59,661 nt of DNA from Squalus acanthias (taxonomy: Eukaryota), in contig JASTWF010000321.1 in the NCBI GenBank assembly GCA_030390025.1, positions 496,001 through 555,661 on the forward strand. Direction: 5' to 3'. Shown piece by piece: positions 10,470 to 23,118 of this stretch (its first letter is position 1; each line of letters starts with the position of its first letter). A program made the translations under genes and the position numbers. Under the pieces are notes generated by a model. That model was not told the DNA's origin. It ran no database searches and saw nothing but the letters and a program-made list of their open reading frames with translations.

Positions 10470-13130
10470 GGGCTAGTACAGAGGGAGCTTTACCCCATTA
10501 TTACCCATGATGCACCCTCCAATTAATGCTCCGATGGTCCCTCTCTTTGATACCCTGAAGATCCCTCCACTTATTGCTTCTGACACTATTCCTGTTACAG
10601 GGAATAGACTTGTTTCGGAGCACAAAGGAGGTTGTGATATCCTTGCCTCATCCCAAACACCATTTCCACAAACTGCCTCTCTGTTTGTTTCCTGGCTCCT
10701 TTGTGATGTCACCTGGAGACAGGTTTACGCCCCTGGTTACACAGCATCAGTGGGAGTCACTGTGGGAGGAGCTGGACTTCGCAGCTGACACTGTGAGTGT
10801 GTTTAGTCCCTATAAATTTAATATTAAGGTAAGTAATTCAACCAAATGTCATACAGTCATAGTATGGTTACAGTACAGAAGGAGGCCATTCAGCCCATCG
10901 AGCCTGTCCCACTCCCTTGCCCTTTCCCCTAGCTTGCAAATTTTTTCCTTCAGATACTTATCCAATTCCCTTTTGAAAGACATTAATTACAAATATATTC
11001 ACATTAAATATAATCATAGTAACAAAAATAGTCCAATTGTATTCCACTTAAATTCTAGAATTAATATTCATTTTTAGATTCGAAGATTCTTGGCATGAAC
11101 AGTATCTCTGGAAGGTGGAGAGAGAGGAGTCGAATCATCGTCACACTTACTGGGACTGGAAAAGGTCGCTGGATTCACAGAGAAGATCTGGTGGGAACAA
11201 GAACCCCAGAGGTGAGAGTCTAACCAGCTGCTGGGAGCTGTCTGACAGCTGCCATAAGGCTCAGCCTTTGCTGCGACAAGTTGACCTGAATTTAACTCGA
11301 ATGTAAAGCTAGCCAATACCTCACCTGGGAGTGCTTGACACTTACATGTAGAGGAAGTTTTATTCTGTGTTCTTACAGTGCAGTACCTGAGCTGGTGTGC
11401 TTCATTGGATAGTTTCAGAGGAGCTGCACGTAGCAGTTAACACATGCTGGATCTGAGTTGGCTGTGTTTGGTGAACCAATTTAGAGAGAGCTTCACTCTG
11501 TATCTAACCCGTGCTCAGCCTGCCCTGGGAGTGTTTCATGGGAAAGTGTAGATGGAGCATTACTCACTATACAACCACATGCTGTACCTGCTCTGGGAGT
11601 GTTTGATGGGATAGTGTAGATGGAGCTTTCCTCTGTATCTAACTCATGCTGCACCTGCCCCTGGGAGTGTTTGATGGGATAGTGTAGATCAAGCTTTACT
11701 CTGTATCTAACCCATGCTCTGCCTGCCCAGGGAGTGTTTGATCAGACAGTGTAGAGGGAGCTATACTCTGTACCTAAACTGTGCTTTACCTGGCCTGGGA
11801 GTGTCTTATGGGATAGTACAGAGGGAGCTTTACCCCATTATTGTCCATGATGCACCCTCCAAGTAATCCTTTGATGATCCCACCACTTGATACCCCTGAA
11901 GATCCCTCCACTTATTGCCTATGACGCCCTTCCTGTTACAGGGAATAGACTTGTTTCAGAGCACAAAGGAGGTTGTAATATCATTGCCCCATCCCAAACA
12001 CCATTCCCACAAACTGCCTCACTCTGCCAAAGCAGGAGGGAGACACACTGGCTGATATAAAGAGAAGGGATACTTTCTGGTGTACAAAGCAAGAGGTAGA
12101 CATGGGGGCCATTGAATAGTGGGACCTCACATTTGGAAGATGGGAGGGATAATTTATCAGTGGTAATTTTGGGAGTCTGTGCTCCCTGCTTGGAGTCTTT
12201 GTACATGGGATTGGGTTGGAGACGGGACTGTTTGTACAACCTGCGTTCATGCCCAGTGAGACTGCACACCAGGAGCACAGCCTGGTCATGTGACCCTGTA
12301 ATACCTTGAGTGGGAGGGGCTTGGGCTGCTTTTTGACATGTTTCCTGGCTCCTTCGGGTTTACGCCCCTGGTTACACAGCATCAGTGGGAGTCACTGTGA
12401 GAGGAGCTGGACTTGGCAGCTGACACTGCCAGTGAGTTTAGTCCTTATAAATAGGGGAAATAATAGAACAATTTAATATTAAGGTAAGTAATTCAACCAA
12501 ATGTCATTAATTACAAACATATTCAAAGTAAATATAATCATAGTCACAAAAATAGACCGAATGTATTCCAATTACAGATTCTAGAATTAATATTAATTTT
12601 TATATTAAATGTTTCATGTAGTGAAGAGTATCTCAGGAGGGTGGGAGAGAGTGGAGCCGAACCATCATCACACTAACTGGGACTGGAGAAATGTCGCTGG
12701 ATTCACAGAGCAGATCTGGTGGGACCAAGACCCTCAATGTCAAAGACGGGATGAAACAAGAAGCCCCAAGAATGATTGTAAAGGTGAGGAACTTTACTGA
12801 GGATCCCATCAGTCCAGGATTTTGCCAAGGTGAGAGTCTAACCATCTACTGGGTGCTTCTTCGACAAATGCCATAAGGGACTGCCTTTGATGCGACTAGT
12901 ACAACAGAGCTCAACTTGTCTGTAAAGCTAGCCCATACCTGGGACTGCTTGACACTTACATGTAGTGGGATTTTTATTCTAAGTTCATCCCATGCTGTAC
13001 CTGAGCTGTTGTGCTTCATTGGGTAGTGTCAGAGGAGCTGTACGCTGAATTTAAAACATGCTGGATCTGAGTTGGCTGTGTGTGATCAACCAATTTAGAG
13101 AGAGCTTTACACTTCATCTAAGTTGTACTG
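10470..13130 (+). repeat. Local tandem duplication (~10470-11500 vs ~11810-13130) with reciprocal deletions
   Basis: Shared blocks, e.g. CCTGTTACAGGGAATAGACTTG (10591/11932), GGTTTACGCCCCTGGTTACACAGCATCAG, and TCGCTGGATTCACAGAG. Confidence 0.9.
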
Positions 13131-16100
13131 TACCTGGCCTGGGAGTGTTAGATGGTAATGTAAAGTGGGAGGCTTTACTCTGTATCTAAGCAGCGCTATA
13201 CCAGGCCTGGGAGTGTTTAATGGGACACTGTAGAAGGAACTTTACTCTATATCTAACTGAGACTGACTGATTGACTTTCTTTCATATACCCAGCATGGGC
13301 TTGAACTCAGATACTTTCCGCATACTCACAGAGATCAGCGCGAGAGCACAAAACATCCCAAACACAGGAGCTGACCCTGAGATGGTGCGACACTATCTCT
13401 GCAGCTACATTAGCAACCTTTAGAGATGAACCCCTGTCCGCGCCCATCCTACTTTATCATTTTCTTGTGGTTACAGTTGGAATATTGCAGGTGTGTGACG
13501 TCAAGCCTAAGGAATTTCCCACCTTTGACCTCTTCAATTATTTTATTTCAGCTCAGCTTTGAAGACCAGGACTGTCCTTCAGATGTCCTGCATTTCCTGA
13601 CAGCGCATTTCCAGTACTGGACATGTGACAAGAGAGTGACACCAAAGAGGTAGGACATGTGCAGCCACACTCATCAACATCCATCTTGCCCACACCTGTT
13701 GCTGTGCTGTGACAGATCGAGAAATGCTGGAGTTCCCCTGTGGAGGGAGGCAACGGCAGCTCTGCTGCAAAAGACAGTCAGTCACTCGACACAAGAGATG
13801 GTGAAGGAAAGAATCAGAAAATGTAAAGCTTTGAGGAACTGGATTCTGAACAAAATGAGGTTCCTCAGATCATGGCGTATTCACCCCAGATACATGTGTC
13901 AGAAATGTTTGTTGTCCACAATTAATCCTGAGTGCCTGCCGCTCAAGAGGAGTAACAGTCAATTCCAGATTAACACATATTGAGGCCTGTTACAAAGGTA
14001 TTGGAAACCAAACAGGACAAAGACAAATAGCACTGAAGTATTGATCAATGGGAAGATCTGAATTATAGACAGATTCAATTTAATCCTGCAGGAAGGAAGG
14101 AAAAAAAAAAGGAAGGAAGGTTCTAATCTGTAATAACCGGGACATTGAAGCACTAATGTGCTGTGCCATGGACTGAATAGGATCAACATTTCCCACTTTC
14201 AGACACTTTCCCACTGCTGATTATGGAGTGGGTTGGCCCCATTAGCTGGGCTTACAGTGAATCTCACCATTTGTTTCTAACGTCCAATGTGTTTAAATTC
14301 AGTTTATTGTTATGTTTCCTCTCCAGAGGCTGATGGTACAGAGCTGACCAACGTACAGACACTGGCCAACGCTGAATCAGAGGGGAAATTTATAGAGATT
14401 ATTTTCTCCTCTTTTACCTCACCCATAACTCTTGGGAGACACAAGTGGTAACTTCTGGCTCCCTTAGTCACCATTCCTGTTAATGTTGGGCCAGATTGGG
14501 GACACAAGGCCCTGTCCCTCTGAAGTACTTAGATGACATCTCCATAGCCATGGAAAGCTTCATCTGACTGATGTAGAATCCAGTCTCTGGCACTTCATGA
14601 GTGGGAGGAGGATCCGCTCTAATGGCACCAACACTGTCCTTGGGTCTTTTTCTCCCATCAGCAGCAGAACATCCCTTTACCATCTCCTGCATCAAAAACT
14701 CGGGTTGACCTTACTGGTCTTCCTTTGATTCCTTTCCTTAGTTGGCAGACTTTCCTGCAGTCTATTTTTTGTAATTGTGAACCCAGGTGTAGGGCCCAGA
14801 CCCAGTAGCAGCAGAGCATGATTGAGGCCAAAGGCAAATTTGTTGGAACAAATCTCTGGGACTTAGGAATAGAATGACTGTGGAGGCTAAAAAAGTAAAT
14901 AGAAAAAGAGGACACGAGAACAGGAAAAGGTTAAAGCAAAATTAAGTTACAATTAAGAAAAACAAGAAACACAATATATAAAACACAAGTTTTTAATTTT
15001 AATTTATTCATTGTCGGGATGTGGGCATCACTCGCAAGGCCAGCACTTATTGCCCATCCCTAGTTGCCCTTGAGAAGGTGGTGGTGAGCCGCCTTCTTGA
15101 ACCGCTGCAGTCCATGTTGTGAAGGGACTCCCATAGTGCTGTTAGGTAGGGAGTTCCAGAATTCTGTGAGACTTGGAGGGGAACTTGGTGGTAGTGGTGT
15201 TCCCATGCGCCTGCCGCCCTTGTCTTTTGAGGTGGTAGAGGTCGCAGATTTGGGAGGTGCTATCGTGGAAGCCTTGGCGAGTTGCTGCAGTGCATCTTGT
15301 AGATTGAACACACTGCAACCATGGTGTGCCATGGTGGAGGCAGTAAATGTTTAAGGTGGTGGATGGGATGCCAATCAAGCAGGCTGCTTTGTCCTGGATG
15401 GTGTTGAGGTTTTTGAGTGTTGTTGGAGCTGCACTCATCCAGGGACATGGAGAATATTCCATCACACTCCTGACTTGTGCTTTGTAGATGGTGGAAAGGT
15501 TTGGGGAGTCAGGAGGTGAGTCACTCGCCGCTAAGTACCCAGCGTCCGTCTAGTTCTTGCAGCCACAGCATTTATGTGGAGAGTCTAGTTAAGTTTCTGG
15601 TCAATGGTGAACCCCAGGATTTTGATGGTGGGGGATTCAACGATGGTTATGCCATTGAACGTCATGGGGAGGTGGTTAGACTCTCTCTTGTTGGAGATGG
15701 TCATTGTCTGGCACTTGTGTGGCACAAATGTTACTTGCCACTTATCATCCCCAACATGCATGCTATCCAGGTCTTGCTGCATGTGGACACAGACTGCCTC
15801 ATTATCTGATGAATTGCGAATGTAACTTGACAATGTGCAATCAGCAGCGAACATCCCCACTTCTGAAGGTCATTAATAAAGCAGTTGAAGATGTTGGGCC
15901 TAGGACAAGGTCCTGAGTAACTGCTGCAGCGATGACCTGGTGCTGAGATGATTGGCCTCCAATAACCATAACCATCTTCCTTGTGCTAGATATGACACCA
16001 TCCAGTGGAGAGTTTTCCCCCGATCCCCATTGACTTCAGTTTTGCTAGGGCTCCTTCGTGCCACACTCGGTCAAATGCTGCCTTGATGTCGAGGACGGTC

Positions 16101-16177
16101 ACTCTCACCTCACCTCTGGAATTCAGCTCTTTTGTTCATGTTTGGACCAAGGCTGTAATGAGGTCAGGAGCCAAGTG

Positions 16178-16825
16178 TTGGCCTTCATTGCAAGAGGATT
16201 TGAGTACAGGAGCAAGGATGTCTTACTACAGTTGTACAGGGCCTTGGTGAGACCACACCTGGAGTACTGTGTGCAGTTTTGGTCTCCTTACCTAAGAAAG
16301 GATATACTTGCCATAGCGGGAGTGCAGCGAAGGTTCACCAGACTGATTCCTGGGATGACAGGATTGTCATATGAGGAGAGATTGGGTCGACTAGGCCTGT
16401 ATTCAATAGAGTTTAGAAGAATGAGAGGGGATCTCATTGAAACGTATAAAATTCTGACAGGGCTAGACAGACTGGATGCAGGGAGGATGTTTCCCCTGGC
16501 TGGGGGGTCTAGAACGAGGGGTCACAGTCTCAGGATACGGGGTAGTACATTTAGGACTGAGATGAAGAGAAATTTCTTCACTCAGAGGGTGGTGAACCTG
16601 CGGAATTCTCTACCACAGAAGGCTGTGGAAGCCAAGTCACTGAATATATTTAAGAAGGTGATAGATAGATTTCTAGACACAAAAGGCATCAAGGGGTATG
16701 GGGAGAGAGCGGTAATATGGTATTGAGATAGAGGATCAGCCATGATCATATTGAATGGCGGAGCAGGCTCGAAGGGCCGAATGGCCTACTCCTGCTGCTA
16801 TTTTTCTTTGTTTCTTTCTATGTTT
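16178..16825 (+). mobile_element. CR1 LINE 3' fragment inserted in LINE-B
   Basis: CR1 C-terminal motifs in ORF 16058-16726. CAAGTG is duplicated at 16172-16177 and 16826-16831. Confidence 0.92.
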
Positions 16826-19732
16826 CAAGTGGTCCTGGCGGAAACCAAACTGGGCAGCGGTGAGCAGGTTATTTGAGCGTAAGTGCCGCTTGATAGCATT
16901 GTCAATGACAGCTTCCATCACTTTGCTAATGATGGAGAGATGGCTGATGGGGTGGTAACTGGCTGTTGAATTAGTCCAGCTTTTTCCGGACTGGACAGAC
17001 CTGGCCAATTTACCACTTTGTCGGGTAGATGCCAGTACTGGAGCAGCTTGGCTAGAGGTGCAGCTAGTTCTGGAGCACAGGTCTTCAGTTCTGCAGCTGG
17101 GATGTTGCCGGGGCCCATAGCCTTTGCTGTATCCAGTGCGCTCTACCATTCTTGATATCACGTGGCGTGAAGCAAATTGGCTGAAGACTGGCTTCTGTGA
17201 TGGTGGTGACCTCAGGAGCAGGCCGAGATGTATCGTCCACTTGGCACTTGTGGCTAAAGATGGTTGTGAAGGAATCAGACTAGGGTCCTGAATTTAAATA
17301 AAGGAAACTACGATGGTATGAGGCGCAAATTGGCTAGGATGGATTGGGGAACGTTACTTAAAGGGTTGACGGTGGATAGGCAATGGCAAACATTTAAAGA
17401 TCGCATGGATAAACTACAGAATTTGTTCATCCCTGTTTGGTAGAAAAATAAAACAAAAAAGGTGACTCGACCGTGGCTAACAAGGGAAATTAGGGATAGC
17501 ATAAGATCCAAGGAGAGGGCATTTAAATTGGTCAGAAAAAGCAGCAAACCTGAGGATTGGGAGCAGTTTAGGATTCAGCAAAGGAGGACAAAGGGATTAA
17601 TTAAGAGGGGGAAAATAGAATATGAGAGTAAGCTTTCAGGGAACATAAAAACTGACTGTAAAAGCTTCTATAGATATGTGAAGAGAAAAAGATTGGTGAA
17701 GTCAAGTGTAGGTCCCTTGCAGTCAGAATCAGGGGAATTTATAATGGGGAACAAAGAAATGGCAGACCAATTAAATACATACTTTGGTTCTGTCTTCACA
17801 AAGGAGGACACAAATAACCTCCCAGAGATGTCGGGGAACATAGGGTCTAATGAGAGGGAGGAACTGAATGAAATCAGTATTTGTAGGGAAATGGTGTTAG
17901 GGAAATTGACGGGATTGAAGGCCGATAAATCCCCAGGGCCTGATAATCTACATCCTAAGGTACTTAAGGAAGTGGCCCTAGAAATAGTAGATGCATTGCT
18001 GGTCATCTTCCAAAATTCTATAGACTCTGGAACAGTTCCCATGGATTGGAGGGTAGCTAATGTAACCCCACTATTTAAAAAAGGTGGGAGAGAGAAAACG
18101 GGGAATTATAAACCAGTAAGCCTGACACCAGTAGTGGGGAAAATGCTAGAGTCCATTCTAAAAGATGTAACAGCAGAGCACTTGGAAAACAGTGACAGGA
18201 TCGGACAAAGTCAACATGGATTTACAAAAGGTAAATCATGCTTGACTAATCTACTGGAATTTTTTGAGGATGTAACTGGTAGAATAGATAAGGGAGAACC
18301 AGTGGATGTGGTGTATTTTGGACTTTCAGAAGGCTTTCGATAAGGTCCCGCATAAGAGATTGGCGTGCAAAGTTAAAGCACATGGGATTGTGGGGGTAAG
18401 GTACTGACTTGGATAGAGAACTGGTTGGCAGACAGGGAGCAAAGAGTTGGAATAAACGGATCTTTTTCCGAGTGGCAGGCAGTGACTAGTGGGGTACCGC
18501 AGGGATCGGTGCTAGGACCCCAGTTATTCACAGTATATATTAATGATCTAGACGAGGGTGTAGGGGGTGGTGTGGTAGGGGTCAGCCTCACCTCTAACTC
18601 AGCGAGCGGTTCGAATCGCTCCCATGCCCCTGGTTCTGGACCTTGGACTTATTTGGGGGTTGTGAACAAAGATGCAGTAGACAACAGGTTCCGATGAAAG
18701 AATTTTGACTTTTATTAAATGAAAAGGTAACAAACTTAAAACACACTTAACTCTTAAACAGGTTGGGGAACACACGGTGCAGGCGAGGGAGAAATACAAT
18801 ATACAAAAACCCTTATCCCTCCCAAAAGTCCCACTATCTAGCTAGGTCTTGGTTTCAGGAGATCAGGGATAATGCTCACCAAACAGGGGTTTTGACAGTG
18901 CGAAATCCAGCCAGGTAAGTTGATTGCGATTTTGAGGTACTCTCTTTTTGTCCTTTGGGGCCTGCCGTCCCCACGTGGTACCAGTCTGTGAAATCTGCGA
19001 TGGTGGTCTGGTCGTCGAGTTTTGTTGCGTTGGAGGCTTGTCGGGCCGGTACCTTCTGGGGCTGGACCGTGGATTGAGCGATGCCGACTCGCTCCCAGCC
19101 TCCAGTGACCTTGGCTAGTGGCTGCTAGTGCTAGACCGTGTGCTGAGCGATGCCGACTCGCTCCCAGTGGCCTCAGCTCTAGCCCTTGCCTGGCCTAGTC
19201 TGTCCTTGCCTCCGATCTTGCCCCGGGTCTGCCCCGGGGCCTTGCTGCTTCTCTCCACCTCCTGCTCGTGTCGTGTGGCTGGTAGTGTCTTGCTGGAACT
19301 TGCTGCAACTGGAACAGAGCTGAGAGAGACTTTCTTGGGGGAATTAGGCCCTCAATTATACTGTTCAGACCCTTTGGGGTAGAAATTAGGTCGCGCCCCA
19401 TTTGGGGCCCAAATATCGTCCGGACGCAAATATTAGCGCCTGGCGCTAATTATCGGCACTGACAGGAAACTTCACTTTTACCGCCCCGGGAGGTGAGTGG
19501 AGCGCTAAAGTAGGCGCTGCACACCTCTCTTAAGGCGCAAAGGCCAAGGAGTGAGGCGCTAACTCAGCGCACGAGCGCAGCACAGCTGCTGCCAGTTAGC
19601 GAGGGAACACAGACACACTGGCGCCGGACACTTCTTAAAGCGGGGGGGGCCACTTGCTCCCCAGCCACACCCTGCTCATTGCAGCCTTGAATCTCAGCCT
19701 GGAGAGACCTGTAATCCATTTTGCTGCCAAGC

Positions 19733-21663
19733 ATGGAGAGGGTGAGAGAACGCGCTCATCGCTTCACCGAGCGGGCCTTGGATGCTCTGGTTGACGCAGT
19801 GGAGCGCAGACGATGCATGCTGTTCCCGGAGAGTGGCAGGAGGCCTTTGCCACGCGAGTTCAGAAGAGTGTGGAGGGAGGTGGCTCAGAGCGTCTCCTCC
19901 AGGAGCATGGTGCCCAGGACCCATGTTCAATGCCGCAAAAAGTTCAACGACCTCACTCGGGTCGTCAGGGTGAGTGGCTTTTTCTCAATACCTCTCCATC
20001 CCTCCATCTCAACCTCACTCTATGGCCAGAGGGTCTTAAAACCCCAATGCACAACACTCATCCAACACCTATGGCCCTTTCATCAAACACACACACACAT
20101 TCCACACTTTGCATACAGTAAGGGCTATTCACCTATGGGAGGCACATCAGGCAAGACCATGGCTGTATATTGTAAGGGCTATTCACCTATGAGAGGCACA
20201 TCAGGCAAGACCATGGCTGTATATTGTAAGGGCTATTCACCTATGGGAGGCACATCAGGCAAGACCATGGCTGTATATTGTAAGGGCTATTCACCTATGG
20301 GAGGCACATCAGGCAAGACCATGGCTGTATATTTACTCAGATGCTGTCCTTTTTCTTGCAGGCTAAGCTGGCTCATAATCGGAGACAGCAGCAACGGACG
20401 GGTGGAGGGCGGCTTCAGCTGCAACCCCTCAGCGATCTGGAGGAGCGCGTCCACAGGATTGTGGCAAGCCGGGTGATCGGTCCCGTCGCCACTGGAGACG
20501 CCGACCCCGTTGTGGACAGCAATGGTAAGGTCATCACCTTTTTGTCCTCTGTCCTTCCACTTGTCCCTCACAATACCAGCCTTTGACACTTTCAATCCAA
20601 CTTGCTAACTCGCTGCACTTATTCCTCCCTTACTGCCACCCTGTCCTCACGCTAAAGCCACTCTTGTACCTCCCTGCTTTCAGATGGTGATTCACCAGCT
20701 GAGGAGACGGGCCCTGAAGCTGCCACTGGGAGTGATGCTGCAGCTGAGGAGGAAGAGGAAGCCGGAGCATCAGTGCCACCCTCTCCCGAGGAAGCCCATG
20801 CCCACACTGGGAACACGCCTTCCCCGGAGGGGAGCAGGGGGGAAGGGGCTGATGATGGTGAAGCTCCAGGACCCAGCGGGCTGCAGCAACGCCATTGGGG
20901 GGGTAGGGAAGAACGGGGGCCTTCTCCCCAGAGGGAGAGTATGCCAGACACTCCTACTGCAATGGACGCAGAGGAGGAGCGGCTTATTGCAGAAATGAAC
21001 ACCCAGGCGGTGGGCATGCACACTGAGCTCATGGGTGCAGTGGGAAGGGTGCCCGATTGCATTGAGTCACTGGCAAGGAGTGTGGAGCACTTCGCTGTAG
21101 CACAGGCGGATGCCACACTAACGCTTAGTGCTGCAATTCAGTCACTGGCTGCCGTGATCCCACCTCTGACTGCTCTCATACAGACTCAGATGGAGGCCAC
21201 GCGAGCACAGACTGCTGCCAACCTCGATGGTTCATGCACATGTCCCCGGGGCTGTCACCGCGCCGCAGCAGGCCAGCAATCTGTTCTCCGGCAAATTGCT
21301 CCGGATGCTGAAGTGCTGCCCCGTGGGAGTGCCAGTGTGTCGGGCGAGCAGGGAGTTGCTGGCCTCTCTCACGATGACAGCATTCCTGCTGCCAACACTG
21401 TCACTTCTCCACTGCACTTGCCACCGCCTGTAGGACAGACTGCTGCCGCCCATGCAGAGTTGGTGCAGTCTGCAGCCGGGCCCTCCAGGCCCAGAAGTGG
21501 TCGAGGCCGTCCTTCAGGGGCATCTGCAGTGTCAGGGTCTGACGAGCAGCAGCCTTCCACCAGCCTTGCTGCAGCCACTGAGGTCCCATTACGGAGGAGC
21601 AGTAGGGTTAGAAGGGGGGAAGTGCGCAAGGGAAGGAGATCACCCTCGAAGGGCAAAAAGTAG
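19733..21663 (+). CDS. Harbinger Myb/SANT-like DNA-binding protein; exons 19733-19969, 20362-20524, 20684-21663; predicted 459 aa
   Basis: GT-AG introns (phase 0 and 1) give an open 1380-nt CDS: Myb/SANT-like domain, KLAHNRRQQQRTGGG motif, acidic linker, helical segment, RGRP AT-hook-like motif, basic C-terminus. Confidence 0.88.
20110..20332 (+). repeat. 54-bp minisatellite, 4 copies, intron 1 of copy 2
   Basis: Same unit as 3234-3403 with one extra copy and a TATT/TACA junction variant. Confidence 0.95.
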
Positions 21664-21957
21664 GAGGTGTGCCAAAATGCTGGTCATTTTTTTATTAAAG
21701 GCCGAGGTTCATGGTCCAACTTTTGTTTAGTGTTTTGGACATTATCTCCAGGTTGTGAGAACCAGTTATGTTATTGACTGTTTTTTTGTGTTTATTTCTA
21801 TGAGTTTGTCATGAGGAATTGACACACACAAAGTTTGTAAAATAAATAAGTTTCTGTATTCAAAATATACATGGCTGGTGGTTGGAATTATTGGTGCCTT
21901 GGCCGGCTTAGGGGTTGCGTGCTGGGTTGATTCGTGTTTGTAGCAATGGCAGGGGCC

Positions 21958-23118
21958 CTAGAAGCGGCTTGCTATTAGTCGTTGACGGACGGCCCTTGCA
22001 GTTTGACCATTGTGGGCCGCCCTCCTGCCTTGGTGCTGCTGATGATCATCGTCCTCGTCCTCTTCCTCCTCTTCCTCCTCCTCCTCTGGTGGTGCTACAA
22101 GGCCTGGTGGCATTGGCTGGGTCCTGAGGATTGCCATGTTGTGCAACATGCAGCACACGACTATGAAGTTCGAAACTTGCTCAGGCGAGTACTGCAGGGC
22201 TCCTCCGGAATGGTCCAGACAGCGGAACCGTTGTTTCAGCATGCCGATTGTGCGCTCAATAATGTTCCTGGTTGCTTGATGGCTTTCATTGTACCGCAGC
22301 TCAGCACGGGTGTTTGGCGTACGGAGCGGTGTCATCAGCCAGGTGCTCAATGCGTACCCCTTGTCCCCCAGAAGCCAACCAACTGGCTGATGCGGTGCCT
22401 CGAAAACCTCTGCCACAGTAGTCTGGCGCAGGATGAAAGCATCGTGGCAGCTGCCCGGATAGTGGGCATTGACAGCGAGTATCACCTGTCTGTGGTCACA
22501 GACCAACTGCACATTCAAGGAATGGAACCCCTTTCTGTTCCTGAATTCCTCTGCATTCTCTCGCGGAGCACGCAAAGCCACATGCGTGCAGTCAATGGCG
22601 CCCTGCACCATGGGGAAGCCTGCTACCCTCGCAAAGCCCAGAGCACGGTCACGCTGCTTGTCTGGGGTCATAGGGAAAGAGATGAAGTCTCGTCTCCTTC
22701 TGAAGAGGGCATTGGTGACCTGCCGGATGCAGCGATGCACCGCATACTGGGAGATATTGGCGAGGTCCCCAACAGCAGCTTGGAATGAGCCAGTGGCGTA
22801 GAAGTTCAAAGCCACTGTGACCTTCACTGCCACCGACAGAGACGTCCTGGACCTCAGCTGAGGCTGCAGATCTGGCTGCAGCAGGTGGCAGAGCTCAGTG
22901 ACCACCTCCTTGCTGAATCGCAGCCTTCGCAAACACAGCTCCTCGGACATATGGATGTAGGAGAGCTGTTCACGATATACCCTGGGAGGGTAAGCTCTCC
23001 TGTACATGCGCCTGATGGCCCTCCTCCGTCTGGCCATCATTGCCACTCTCTGTCTGCGTCTCAGTATCCTCCGATTCAGCTGGAGCAGGACGACGCCCCC
23101 AATCATTGCAGCCCCCAT
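21958..23118 (-). CDS. Harbinger DDE transposase, 386 aa, intact
   Basis: Same catalytic motifs as 5114-6274. About 20 amino-acid differences by manual comparison, none in the catalytic motifs. Confidence 0.95.
   Translation of the reverse strand: MGAAMIGGVVLLQLNRRILRRRQRVAMMARRRRAIRRMYRRAYPPRVYREQLSYIHMSEELCLRRLRFSKEVVTELCHLLQPDLQPQLRSRTSLSVAVKVTVALNFYATGSFQAAVGDLANISQYAVHRCIRQVTNALFRRRRDFISFPMTPDKQRDRALGFARVAGFPMVQGAIDCTHVALRAPRENAEEFRNRKGFHSLNVQLVCDHRQVILAVNAHYPGSCHDAFILRQTTVAEVFEAPHQPVGWLLGDKGYALSTWLMTPLRTPNTRAELRYNESHQATRNIIERTIGMLKQRFRCLDHSGGALQYSPEQVSNFIVVCCMLHNMAILRTQPMPPGLVAPPEEEEEEEEEDEDDDHQQHQGRRAAHNGQTARAVRQRLIASRF

Larger units (their letters stand above)
9641..13258. repeat. 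Patches of a 67-bp satellite (~9641-10492, ~11320-11832, ~12935-13258)
   Basis: Unit GAGCTTTACTCTGTATCTAACCCGTGCTGTACCTGCCCTGGGAGTGTTTGATGGGACAGTGTAGAGG; period 67 (e.g. 10351 and 10418). Confidence 0.9.

Noticed and set aside
12000..12300. PRDM/SET-domain resemblance (CLTLP...FGRWEG...EHSLV)
   Set aside because: Only scattered short matches in a frame with stops, and the conserved NWMRYVN-type motif is absent.
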